Shown here one piece after another: positions 50,775-64,000 of a stretch of 64,000 bases of DNA (position 1 is its first letter; the number at the start of each line of letters is the position of its first letter). Source of the stretch: Bugula neritina (Eukaryota > Animalia > Bryozoa); assembly GCA_964035545.1 (NCBI GenBank), contig OZ037766.1:7678722-7742721 (forward strand). Direction: 5' to 3'. The notes under the pieces are model-generated. The model was not told the DNA's origin, did no database searches, and saw only the letters and a list, made by a program, of their open reading frames with translations. Made by a program: the position numbers and the translations under genes.

Positions 50775-52049
50775 CAATAGTAATACTTATATTATTACTA
50801 AATAACTAATTGTAATTAGTAATAGTAATAACTAGTAATAGTAATTAATTAACTGCCTACTAATAGTAATAGTAATTTATTAATAACTTGTTAAAAATAA
50901 ATGAGTATTGCTATTAGTATTAGTACTAAGATTAGCAATCAGTTAAGTAGTCTTAACAACACTAGTGAAAGTAATAGTCATAAGTAAAAAATAGTAACAA
51001 CAATATTAATGAGTAATGACTAATCTAATACTAATAGTAAATTATTAATAAGCTAAGCCTAATGAAAAATTACAATGGTAATACTAATAGTATTACTATA
51101 ATAGTAACAGTAAATCAGTAATGATTAAATGTAATACTTTCAGTATAATTATCATTATTACTATGACTATGGTGTATGAGTATGAGTAAAACTAAATATA
51201 ATACTAATAGTAATACTTATACTTATACTTATAGTAATAGTTATACTTGTACTTATAGTATTAGTTATAGTAATACTAACTCTAAGTCTAATACTACTAC
51301 TAATAGCAATAGTAACATTAAATATAATATAAAACTAAATAATAACATGCATAGGCCTACTCATTCTGATTCTCATATCTATACTGATAGTATTAGTAAT
51401 AGTAACACTAATACTAATACTAATAGTATTACTGAGTAATAGTAATACTAGTAGTAGTAGTCATAAGTGATAGTCATAGTATTTCTATTTGGAGCTGTAG
51501 TAATTATTATTAATAATATTATAGTAATACTAAAAGTAAATGTAATTTAAGTATAATAATTATAATACTTCTACTACTACTAATAGTAATAGTAATACTA
51601 ATTGGAAATCCTATTTCAATTTGGTTAATCACTTAATGTTAAAATCAACTCAACCAGTATCACTATCAGACATCAGTATTACTATCATTATGAGTATGAC
51701 TATCACTATGATTGACTATCACTATGACTATAACTATAAGACTAATATAAGACTAAGAGTAAGAGTAAGTATAGGAATTAGAAATACAATCACAATGGCC
51801 AATGGCCAAGCCCAATGGGAGTTACACTTACAGTTACACTTACTGTTAGTCTCAGTTAGTATTACCCTTTTTATAATAACAATGTGTATTTACTCGATTA
51901 GATGGTTAGAGTTTAGACAAACGATATTATTTACCCTTGACATTAATAATAATTATTAATCTATTGTATTTTTAACACATATTATCATTTAATGTATCAG
52001 GCTGCTTCAGCACTAAAATAAAAATGAACATGTTTTTGGAAATAGATAA

Positions 52050-52330
52050 AGTGTAGCCCTAAATCTTTTTACAATAACTTACAACAATTGCGCGAGCCAC
52101 ATTTAAATGATTATTTTGGCTTCAATTATGAGATAACTTATCTGATTTGTCAAATACATGTTGCGACTTTTTGTTGGTTATTCTTCTTAGCATTGTAACC
52201 AATTAAAACACCGAACTGCTTTGTTCAACTTGAGAAGCGCGTTTTCAACTAAAGTTTGCGGGTAAAACCCAAACTCAGTTGTGTTGTCAATACTGAATTC
52301 AGGCACTGTCGGTGGCTTACAACTTTAGGT
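52050..52330. promoter_or_regulatory. Likely bidirectional promoter TYW3/NCAPH2
   Basis: CpG cluster (GCGCGAG, AAGCGCGTT, TTTGCGGG) between divergent genes, flanked by periodic AT tracts. Confidence 0.6.
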
Positions 52331-53062
52331 ATAACTATATTTATAAAAAAGCAGTATCAATATGGGCATGATTGTCATAGTGTTATTTAAAAATATTTTG
52401 TAGCTCATTATTTTATACCCTCTACATTAGAACTAACATTAACGTAATGTTGTACCCCACATAATGATAATCATAATGATAATGATTATGATAATCATAA
52501 TGACATCTCATCTGTCATTATGAATATGATTATCCATCATCACTGTGAGTTTACCTTCATCATATTGAATTTGATATAATTAATATCAATAATAATACAA
52601 CTATATATTACTAAAAGTATAAGAGTATTATTTATAACTATAAGTATAAGTATTACTACTTGTATTATTATTACTATATTAGTATGACTACGTTGGAGTA
52701 TAGGTACTACATTTTGATTTACCATAGCCAATTCTATTACGATTAGTATTAGAGTATTACTATTGTCTATTAGTATTACAGTAATACTAACACTATTACT
52801 ATTAGTATTTTACTATTTAATTATTATTATTACTTTGAGCTTGAGTATGTGAATGTCTATAAGTATAAGTATATAATGATAATCTATATTTTAATAATCT
52901 ATTAAGATTAAGATTAAGCTCATAATGATAGTGTATATCAAACAATCACTTATTTGTTATTTTATGTTGTAGCTAGGTGCTGATTAATCCATCACTGAAG
53001 TCCAACCCTGACTGTTTCACTAATAAGCAATAGCTATTCTATTTGCTGGGTTGAGGCTTATA

Positions 53063-56000
53063 ATGGAAGGGCTATTAGAAAAATGTCAAAATCTGTTGAA
53101 GCCAATTCGTGATTTGGAACAAAATTGGTCTGTTGATTTGACCAACGAATTGTCAGAGGCTCTAATTTCTCTAAAAGAACAGATGATTAGCTTTGGCCAA
53201 GATAATGAGAAAATTATTGACTTCAGTAAAGCTGCTATGATCATTCAAGGTTCTGCCAATGTCTATTCAAGAAAGGTTACTTAAGCTTATAACATTTTAT
53301 ATATTGTCTAACATTTACTCGTACTTAACTTTTATAGTTGATGTGAGTAGTTGGAGCATATATATTAATTTTTATTAATTTTGGAAATGTATAAAATTAT
53401 TTATGCTTGTTTTCCTTCAGGTCGATTATCTCTATAAGAGTGTCTATGAGTTGAAGGAATGGATGGAAAAACTGTGGTAAGACTATTTTTTTATTTTATA
53501 ATTGCTTTTGTTCACAATGAATCTTGTTTTTTAAATTATAGCTCAAGTTGCACAGCTTTCAATGCACCAAAACTATTGTAAGCACTGTTTGAAAATAAAT
53601 ATGTTAGTCATGGAAGTATTAGCTTGAAAATGTTAAAAAGTTTTAATAAATATTTTTACTTCTAAAAAGAGACAATTATTCAACTAACTTTAATAAGCTA
53701 AGTTATTATATTTAATAATCTTTTAAATCTTATTGGATGGGTCAGTATTTTCATGAAATGCTAAAAGAAATATATAATAACAATTGTAAAAGTCACAGTT
53801 GAACACAATAATTGAACAGTGAGAGCTTGATTTAGTGAAAATGTTAGCTTAGATAAAATATGTTGCTTGCCTTCAGGGAGGTTGAAAAGAAGAGGAAATG
53901 TAATCGCTCCAAAGATCAGCAAGATGATGCACATTTAATAGAGGAAGAAGAAAATGATTTGGATCTTAGCATATGTGAGGTAGAAGACTTTTATGCTAAT
54001 TTTCTGTTCAAATTTAATTGGTCTTTTCTTATTTGCTATTAAAATATTTATATTACAGCTGGTAAACTAATGTACTGTAATATTTCAACCATCACTGCAG
54101 TAATGTTCAGTGTTAAAAAAAGGAAATTTACAATTTTGATGTTCATAATATTAAGTGTCAATATTTCAATCATTGTATTAGTTTTAGCATAAGAAATTAG
54201 TCACACATGAAGATTGTAATTTAAATTGCTGCCAATAAAAATTTTCCATGGCATGCTTATTTTTCATTATGTTATTATCATATTGAATGCACTGGAAAGG
54301 AGATCATCCTATGCTGGAATATTGTATTTATTACTTCTGTAGATATATGCTCAGATTTAGAGTTGTTGAAAGGATTATAATGAAATTTGAAATGTTTATA
54401 TACTTGCTTAAATATTTGTATAAGGATAAATTTAAATTTCTATAAAGTTATTTTTAATCAAATAAATCTTTGCTAAATAGCAATAATTGCATTTGAATTA
54501 AATGACAGAGGGCTGATGCAATACTAAATATTTAACATGAAATCTTTATGTGATATCACATTGATCTTTGTGTGGTAGCAATAAATGCAGCAAAATGCCT
54601 TGTGGCACTTTGTATTATTGAAGGTTTACCTACTAGTTAGATTGTTGTTATAGGATGATCGTATCCAGTTGATGGAATCAGATGAGCTAATGTTTTCTGT
54701 AAGTCACGTTACTTTTCTCCTATTCTGCATATGTGTATCCTATATTTTGTTTTGACTTTGCAAAACAGGCCAATTCTGTAATCTATTAATTCATAATAGC
54801 CTAGACATCAATATTTTGTTTTGGGAGGTCATCTTCTATTTTCAGCATTGGTGTAGTTGCACAATAGCATTTTATAAGTGTAATATAACATGCGGTGTAA
54901 TCAGTATTTTGCAATTTTGTGTATTTAGGGCGCAGTTGTCATACCACCCAAACCGTCAATGCTCACAAGTAACTTTAATGTAAAAGTTCCTCTTCGAAGG
55001 TAAGCATAGCATGAGGCAATTAAAAAATGTGTTAAATTTATTGTGTTTTCATTTTTACCAAGTCATTTAATTTAGCTTTGTTTATATAGTTTGTCAGGAG
55101 ATGTTATTGGCTACATGAATGACTTCAACATTAATTTTTTGGATGCACCCACACTCCCAGACTCCTCTTTACTGACTTCACGTGAGTTGTGAATTTGTAA
55201 ACCGTGTTGCCTGTATTTTATTTTGTATGTAGATCATTTCACTTTATTTATTACTCACTCTATTTCTTTACAGTTTTGCTCATTTCATGAAATTATAATT
55301 AGTATTAACTTTGCAATTAGTATCGGGTATTTAATTATAATAAAACTGCTTGTAAATATATAGCTGTATAAAATTTACCAACAGTGCATCTTGCAATCTT
55401 TTAAGTGTGATATAAGTTATGTCAAGGTTGTAATATGGTAGCCTTGATAATTGATTTAAACCAAATAGTTTGCACATGGAGTTTTTCAACAATCCATTAC
55501 AGTTTTCTTCAGTTGCAAAAAGGTTGTTTTAATTTATACTCTGCTATGTTTATTTTTATTAGTCATTTTAAAGTTTAAACTAAGGAATTGAAATTGCTTA
55601 GACTTACCAAAGTACAACCTTTGCAATGAGTTTTTCATGTTTGTACAACTAAGTAAAACTTAGTGGCAGGGGAATGATGGTTGCTACTGAATAATGACTA
55701 ATAATCTGCTAATTACCAAGTGTTTATTACTCCAAATAATTTTTTTTGTCACTACTTCTGTGTTACAAGATTAAATCAATTCGGCTACTGAATTTGTGTG
55801 TCTCTCAAGCACTTTTGTGTTGAATGTAACAGTTATGGGCCATTGTGCCCAAATGTTTCTGACTTTGTGCTTTGCAATGCAGAAACCAATTCAATATTTT
55901 TGTCTAAACATATTTGAATTCAGCACATCACAAAGCTCTAAATAGTGCGCTTTCATGAATGTTGAGTCAGATTCAATTTTCAGTAGCCATGTTGTATTGC

Positions 56001-59000
56001 AGCATCTGCAGAGAACCCTACACAGCTTGATGGAGCGAACCACAGTACAGCTGCTGAGCATGATGCTGTAGATGCAGAAGGTGGTTTCAGTGATGGAGAA
56101 TGTGAACCTCCAATGGAGGTCTGTGTATTCTTGCTTCTCATTATTTACCAGAATCAATTGTAGGGTGAAAAAATTGTTTGATCTATACTACAAAAGTATG
56201 GCATGGCTTTTATACACTGTGTTTTTATTGCTTCGTATGAATGGATTTGTGGTTACGGTTAGCATTAGCTTATGGTTGTGGTTTCATTTAATGCAACTGT
56301 TTTCAAACATCGAATCGAAAAATCTATTCTCGTAATTTCTTTTAGTATTCTAGGTTACAATCTCCGATTTTAAGGCTTATGAAATTGAATGGCAACAAAA
56401 AATGAATTCTGTACAAAGTTAATCATTCGGGTGACTTTTCGCACCAAATTAATATTCGGTATATTTCTCTCAACTAACAAATACTTGCGCAAACATCATT
56501 GCTTATAAATAGATCGCGTCATGAATGTTAGCTTTTTAGTAAAACAGGAGAAAAGCATATGATGATTGTTATATTACATGAAATATTATTCACTGTAGGC
56601 ATCAAACTTGGGCATGCCTTGCCCCAGCGAGATGACTCCCGTTTGTCAAGAAAAACTGCTGCGGCCAAGAAATGTACCTCCTCCTGTCACTCAACCCGCC
56701 CCAGAGGTAAGCTAGGAGTTATAACTCATTCTAAACCTTTCATTTTATCACATCCAGGTTGAATTGTGTACTGTATATATCAAAATCGTGCAACATTTGT
56801 GTGTTTATGCTTTTAATTGGCTCAAGTCATTGCAAAAGAGCATTATCTGATTTTAGACTTGAATAAAATATTTTTTCTTTCAGGTTGTAGATCCGTGGTC
56901 TGAAGTTCTTGACATACATTCACATGTAAGGCACAGGCCATCAAAAGCTTTGAAACCAGGTATGTCTACACAATAAAATTTCTAGTTGAAACTTGCAGTA
57001 CTCTACCTCCGCCATAGAAAATTTCTTTAGTTTTAAAAAAATTGCAAAGATTGATGCTTTTCAATATAAAATTGATTTTGTGTTTTAATAAAATTTTGCT
57101 GCTGTTACATTCAGGAGATAATAAATTTTCTGTGATACTTCCTGACTCAACACAATAATTATATTAAAATGTACGTCTACGAGTTGTTTTATTAGCCAAC
57201 TAGTGAAACACCATAAAAGCTTCATGGGCTTGAAATGGTGGCCTACTCACCCTAGCAATTTGAAATTAGTTTTTTGTTCACCACAAATTAAGCAATTTAT
57301 AAATGACTACATATTGAAATAGCTTTTAATTGAATAACTTGTAGGTTTACATCTCGTGTTTCTTGTTCATATAGGAAACTGTCGTGTGCTACCTCCATCG
57401 TTGCGGAAAGGGAAAAAGCGAGAGCTAAATAGTGATAAATGCAGTGATAAAACATTGGATGACGTCGCCACTTTCTGCAATAAAGAATGTAAGCATTCAA
57501 TGCATCTAGACTTGCTTTTCATTGAGGAATTATTATAAGAAAGAGTTAACCTCAAGTAGGGTTACTTTAAAACTGCTGTCTGTAGACTGTTCCTGTATAC
57601 CTTGACAGTATATATTACTCTTTTATTATGGTTGCATGGAGGTCGTACTGCTAGACACAAGGCTGTGTTTAGCAGCTGTTTTAATTTTAGTACCCTTGTA
57701 TTTCAAATCGTTCAATTGTATGTTTTAGTGTCTGCAATTTCTTGTATAGAGCAACATTTCGAGCAGCTTAGTTTTCTAATTTTTCATTTCATAACCTATA
57801 TGGGTAAATTGTAAAATTGATCTTGGTTGTCACAAGTGGGTTTTGAAATTCAAATGTATAGAACTGTTGTGTGTCTAATAGAATGCTATTCATTGTGCCT
57901 CCCATACTAGCATTGCATGTTTGGTTAAAATTCTATATGTTAACAGATAGCTATAGTCTGCTCAACACTGGTAGAGATTCTCTACTCTATCCAGAATTCA
58001 AAGTACTCTTTGCTGACATTCTAAGGAAAAGATTGATAAAGTTCAGATCCCTTCGTGTATGTATATTTGTTTTCTCTAAAGCTAATTCTTGCTTTCATAA
58101 TTCTCTGCTCAACCAGGATCACTTTATATTCACAATCGTTTTATCAGTTGAATATTGCGCGATGCATCGAAGTCTTCCACAATTTGACTATATAACTAAA
58201 TAAAAGCTGATTCTTGACATCACATATACTTGTATTAGAGGAAGTTCACTCACCAACCAGCACATGCCGACCAGTGTCAGTCAGACGACCTGCCTGTAGA
58301 GGAGTGGATGGGAGAAGATGACAGTGGTGCCTGTGAATCTGATGATGAGATACCTTTCAGTAGACTGCAGGGTGAGCTTCACCTGTGTAGCATAGCTTAG
58401 CCATGGTCTAGGGGTTAGAGCACTGGCTTAGTAAACACGAAGTCATGGATTCGATCTCCAGTTGCTGTTGATGTTAGGAAGAGCATTCAGTCATAATTGC
58501 TCCTTTGCAACATAATATGAACAGTTCCTTGGCCCAATTTAACAAAAAATAACTTTTCCAACACGACTTCTCACAAGGCTAGTGATTGTCAACCTGCGTC
58601 AGTTTTTCTTAACTACTCTGCTATAGACATTGTAGTTATCATCCTTTTTATCTGCTGTATTTTGCTAGAACTGAATCTATTCCGATCATGTTACACAATC
58701 ACTAGATTGATATAGTATAAGAAGGAAGAGTGTTCTACTTCAGATAAAGCTATAGTACAATTATTGTTAGTCATCTATATTTAGTTGATATCACTCACAA
58801 TGCAGGTAAAGCATCAGTATATATCACTCACAATGCAGGTAAAGGATATATAATGAAATCGAACTGCTAACTTACACCAACTAGAGTCTCACATTAGCAT
58901 CTAATGAAAGTTGCCCACATTAGTGAATAGTTTAGGTTGTAACAACTGTATGCTGCCAACTGCCAGGTGGGGATATTCAGTGTCAAGGTGAGAGCAGCAA

Positions 59001-60612
59001 GGATGAACTGCCAGCAGGATATTCTGATTTCCTTGCCAAAGCCTTGCAGAGAGAATGCGATGAGTTGGCGACGCAGACCGGCAAGTTAACAGATATCGAC
59101 AGAAGAGTTAAACAGTGGGAAAACAATGTGCGAGGAGCTATTGAACAGGCTGTGAGTATGCTGGCAGTTTTCTGGTTTAAATTTATGTGTTGGTGTTTAA
59201 AAAATGTATACCTAATAAAAAGTTGCCAACTTTGTTAAATCTAGAACGATTAATTGCATACTAAAACTATATTAATCATCAATTTGCTGTATTCGTTGTA
59301 GATTTGCACAATGTCAGTAAAAAAATAAAAGAGTTTTCAGATGCTTTGAAATTTATTTGCCTTTCTACAATTGTCAGTTTGTATGTTCATACTAATTCAG
59401 CAAAAGCTTTTTATTTGCAGGAATGTTTATTTTATGCAAGGTATTTGATGCAGTATAATTATTTATTGAATTGTAAACTTAAAATTAGTGCTGTTTGGGT
59501 TTTCCAAGCCGATAATGCAAAAATCGTAGGGTCTCTAGTATTTGTATATATTGCCGGAAAGATTGGAACTTGACAATGCTAACTAGCATAAAACTAGATT
59601 CTGAAATAAAGGGAGGCAACTTTTTACAAGATGCATAATTTAGTTTCATATCCTATGTCATAGAGTTTATTTTCCTGATGCACTCATGTTTAGTTACAAG
59701 GATTCTGTAAGTCTTGATCTATCTAATTATATTAAAAATATAAGTACAGTTCAGTCTTTGTCTATACATCAGTTATATTCTTATAGTAATATTCATTCAG
59801 TTTTACTAAGAAAAGCTCCTCTATTTTACGTAATCAAAGCTCAACAAATTGTAACCTGTGTAGGCTCAGCGCTATCCACCGGGAGAACAACCCTAATTTT
59901 CAATTTTTGTTTAAATATTTTTGAGTGTTTAAATGATTCTTGATAATAATACTGATAATATTATATATATTTGTTTGTACTGATGGAATGTTTTCTATGT
60001 TTGAAGGAGACAAGGCCAGCATTTGACATGCTTCATTACAGCAGATGTATTTTCGATTCTTTTGCTGATACTGATACTGTGTTCATGGAAGAAGTGCTGA
60101 CAGGAAAGCCAAAATACGAGGCCTTCAGAACTTTTGTATCGGCATTAATTCTGGTTTGTAGAAAATGCATATGTTTACTATATAGTTTATAGAATTCTCC
60201 ATCACTGCATGCTATTGATTTCTCCATGACCAACTTTTGGTAGAACATTTTCACAGCTTAAATAAAATCAATTCTCAGGATATTTCTTTAAAAGTTTTAA
60301 CAAATGCCATCATGTATGTTCTAATAACCTGAGCTAATTTCTCATGGGTAATAACAAAATGTTACACACCATGCTTACAGTATTACATTGATTCAACTAA
60401 AGCATTACCAAACATGGTAATATTTCATCATGTATTTGGAGTTATTATCTCGGTCATATTTGCAGGCTAACCATGGTAACATTGATATAGTTGAGACTGA
60501 TGGAGGGCAAGTCGAGCTCTCTTTGCTCAATAAAACTACACTGAGTGAAAAACTAGCCTCCGATGCAATAAGTTCAACTTCTACTGTTATAAACAAGGAG
60601 ACTGTTACCTGA
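53063..60612 (+). CDS. NCAPH2: Condensin-2 complex subunit H2 (kleisin beta), multi-exon
   Basis: N-terminus LLKPIRDLEQNWSVDL..DFSKAAMIIQGSANVYSRKVDYLY; C-terminus RVKQWENNV..RPAFDMLHY..GKPKYEAFRTFVSALIL/ANHGNIDI. Small internal exons not all resolved. Confidence 0.93.
58396..58608 (+). mobile_element. tRNA-derived SINE copy D (NCAPH2 intron)
   Basis: TGGTCTAGGGGTTAGAGCACTGG..GGATTCGATCTCC..GATGTTAGGAAGAGCATTCAGTCATAATTGCTC..TTCTCACAAGG. Confidence 0.82.
58788..58843. repeat. Short tandem duplication (23 bp, two copies)
   Basis: ATATCACTCACAATGCAGGTAAA occurs twice, 10 nt apart. Confidence 0.85.
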
Positions 60613-61336
60613 AAATCAGCTTTCTCTGTGATTTCTATTTAAAAAATTTTCTTAACTAGCGTTGACTAATTTAATATCGAGTATAACAGTGTGATTTTGA
60701 AATTTGCAATTTTTGCAATTTGACATCAAAATAATGCTTGTGTTATATTCCCATGTAGTGTTTTAGTGTATTCTGCTGTAACACTAGTCTTATATCACAG
60801 TTGCCATGTAGTTTATGTAATTGATTTTTTACCCATTTGCACTCAAGTGAGCTTAGCAAGATTTGCTCATACTTATAAGTACAAACACAGCAAGTGTCTT
60901 TAGAGGCATCTTTCCTAACCCATATGATTTTTAAAAACTTTGTCTATGCTGCATGTATTTTTATTTGTACTATTTATTAAAGTAAAAGTTTAAGATGCAA
61001 TTTTTAAATCATTTGCTGAAATAAACCTTTTTTCATAAAATTCTGTTAGTTGTTCAACAAGGCATCTTTATTCAAGTTTTTGTAACACACAAGCTAATAT
61101 AGGTCTTGCATTATGCAGCGATGAAGATGCTAGCTAATAGCTTGAGACTGGCTAAAACATCTTGTGTGTACAAAATTGAATTTTAAGTAAAAGTTCCATA
61201 TAAAACCAACAATGTTGACCTTTGAAAGGTGTAAAATATGCTAACTCAGAACAAGATTGTATATTTAGTATTTTTAAGCTGCAAGTTTTTCATCCTTCAT
61301 ATAGCAGGATATAAATAACAGGCTGCAAGTTACTGT

Positions 61337-63555
61337 TCAAGTCAGCTCGCAGAGAATAGCTGTGATGTGGCTATGACCAAACTCATCCGCCATAGCTACA
61401 GCAGATTGACCCGCCATGAGTTTATTTGGATTAGCTTTTGCTTTTAGTAACATCCGTACAGTATCAGCACTACCTAAAATAAGATAAACAATTCAGTTCA
61501 CTTTTATAATTTTGATGTAATTATTTAGTGAGAATTAACATAAGACACTGAAACATCTATGTCAGCCACATGCACACTTGTATTGAAAATTCTAGCAAAA
61601 CTTACTCTGTAAGTTTACTTACCATGAAGTATAGCCAAGTGTAAAGGAGTGGCACCATCACACTGAGAGTTCTCTTTATCAACTTGTATGTCAGGCATGT
61701 TCAACAACAGTTGTATTAAATTGTAGTTTCCCAGGTTTACAGCTACGTGAAGAGGAGAGTTTCCAGTGTCACATGGCCTGTTTACGTCCATACAACCTGT
61801 CCACTAAACAAAATAGCAACACATTACGTTACGTATATATAGCTGTTTTTTACACTTTTATCATGACTACATGTTTGACATTTATGTTGTGTGATTTAAT
61901 ATAAGCCGAGTGAATCCCAAAAAAAAATTACAAATTTAAGAAACCTCTAATAATTGTACATGTAAGAGACTGATGAATTTAATTAAGATGGCTAATTCAG
62001 CTGGCTATAAGATTCAATTACCTATATGATGGGCATTAAAATTGCAGTAATTATCTATTAAACTATGAGTGCCATATAATCACGTCAATTTTAGTGCTCA
62101 TGTAGCTACTGCATCACTTAATAAAGTTTACTCAATTCAGTTTACTCAACTAACTCATTGATACCTGCTAATTGAGAATCAAAGTTTTCTTAGTATGGTA
62201 ATTTCTTTGTGTAGCTACTATACTTTCATATTTGCATAATTAAAAATAATTTGATGAATTGGAGAATGCTGAATTGAAGACAGTCTTAATTTAGTTGTAA
62301 CAACAAGCTGTTGCACATTACTTTAAAAGGTAGGTTCAGTAACAGAGAAATTCTGAATTTTGTGTTCTTGTAAGATTTTTAATCTACCATACAAACTAAA
62401 ATTCATGGAGACTATAGCTATAGTGCCAAGGTTTTTAATTTATTAACTTATGCGTAAAAATCTACAGGTTTATATAATATTTAAAAATAGAAACCTATAT
62501 TCTCCGTTCTTCATCTTTACAAAAAAAGAGTCTAGAGCTAAATTCAGCCTGTTGATATTTCTCTGTTACTGAACCTGAATGTTAAAGTACGCAAACTGTG
62601 AATCAAGTTATACAAAAGGCCTAAAACTGATAACATTTATGAGATATTATGTAATGTCACATGGCAGGAATTTTGTTGAATAAGTGAAAAGAAATAAGTC
62701 CTACAAGGATTAGCTGTCTAGATAAAAATAACACACTCGCTCAGGTGTAGATGGCAGCATGAAATAATAAATACCTTCTTCAACAGATACTCGACAACTC
62801 GCGGTTGATTTGCAGCTGTGGCAATGTGTAGAAGTGTTTTTTGGCGGCAATCCACATATCCAGCTGACAACTTTCCACTGTATAGGAAGTAATGCACTAC
62901 TTCCGTGTAGCCTAAGTTTATTGATTCTAGTAATCTGCTATAATGGACCTCTATCTTATCTCTGTGCCCCGTCAAATGTTCACTTGAGACTTTAGGCACC
63001 TCAGCTATTTGTTGATAGAATTTAATGACTGCCACCCAGATGTTGATCAACATAAATGATCGACTAGCTAGAATTAGCTGCACATGCTCTTTATTTCTTG
63101 TAGAAAGTTTTACGTCAGAGAGAATTGTTCTATATTCTGTAGTTCTTTCGGATGTAAATATATCTAAATAATCTAGAAACAAGTATATTCCAGCTGGCAT
63201 TGTCAGCTTCTTCGGGTATTCTCTAAGCAAAGCAGAAAGCAGTTCTTTAATGTCATTTTGCTTAACTTTTCCTGTCCGTAAACCTGTTTGAAAGGCAACT
63301 GTCATTTCATCCAACAATATTGAATGCTCTAAGGCTAATATTTCACAACGCTTTTCAACGCCGAACTCTGTAATCCAAAATTGAGCAAATCGGATGAAAT
63401 TGTTATCTGTGCACCAAGCTGTTAGATCTTTAAGGCTTTGGTTTGACCTTTGAAGCCATTCAGCTACAACCTCTTCATCTAGATACTCTATTATGTCAGA
63501 GTAATCAGTTCTTAGTTGCTCAGTAGGATTGGTGATATTTAGTGAATCTCCACTA
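61337..63555 (-). CDS. Ankyrin-repeat protein with upstream FAM220/SIPAR-like helical domain (5' incomplete)
   Basis: Exons approx 63555-62775, 61803-61623, 61473-61337; ankyrin motifs QKTLLHIA, GNSPLHVAV, DGATPLHLAILHG, LLKAKANPN. The large exon is open well upstream of the tracked ORF start. Confidence 0.85.
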
Positions 63556-64000
63556 CTAAAAAAAATACATACAAAAATTTACACCATATGTAAACAAAAG
63601 CAAAATAGGGCAAGTTAGACTTGAAGATAATAAATTACCTAAAAGAAATTGTATTTATTGCATTATGAAGATGCTCTACTACAGTTATACTAGTAAGCAG
63701 TAAAGGAACTGTTACTGTTAAACATGGTTATCAGTATATTTTACTACTGTAATAATATGCTTTATATAGTCTATAGCAGTTTATAGTGTTTACACCAACT
63801 TTTAATTGCATTCTACAAGGTCTTTTTAAAATTTGACTTGACCAAAAACAGGAATTACTTACGTACATACATCTATCTTAAATTTATTAATATTTTTCAT
63901 AAAGGCATGTTTGCATCCATTATTAGATGTAATTTCTAATTACATAACTTAAGCACAGTTAAGAAAATCATGCTTAACAGTTACCTGCTGCTTTCAGTGC

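Noticed and set aside
51176-51959. Asn/Thr/Ser/Tyr-rich and Ile-rich ORFs
   Set aside because: By-products of the periodic low-complexity tract; no splice or domain support.
56340-56570. CpG-containing intronic patch in NCAPH2, possible TE remnant
   Set aside because: No TIR, TSD or second copy found.

Overview
AT-rich, intron-rich animal genomic DNA, probably an invertebrate (inferred from the TE content; no taxon can be assigned from this window). Eight spliced protein genes can be assembled by hand: IMMT/Mic60 (+), LINS/Lines (-), ERGIC3 (+), ROMO1 (-, missed by the ORF track), a CD225/dispanin membrane protein (+), TYW3 (-), NCAPH2 (+) and a 5'-incomplete ankyrin-repeat gene with a FAM220/SIPAR-like domain (-). 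ROMO1 and a tRNA-Pro(CGG) gene both lie inside ERGIC3 intron 8. The 8.3-17.7 kb interval holds decayed mobile elements: a RAG1/Transib/Chapaev-like transposase relic, a Ty3/Gypsy fragment, a zinc-knuckle pseudogene, and two Penelope-like (Naiad-type) 3' ends in (TA)n, each with a hammerhead ribozyme. One LINS intron carries an Academ-type transposon with 962-bp TIRs nested inside a TTAA-flanked Kolobok-like MITE. A decayed full-length Tc1, four copies of a tRNA-derived SINE and four short fold-back palindromes are also present. The main unexplained pattern is a set of long 3/6-nt-periodic AT-rich tracts that sit next to the CpG-richer 5' end of all six Pol II genes whose 5' end can be placed, and are not seen elsewhere. 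Protein family assignments rest on recalled motifs, not database searches, and exon limits were read by eye.
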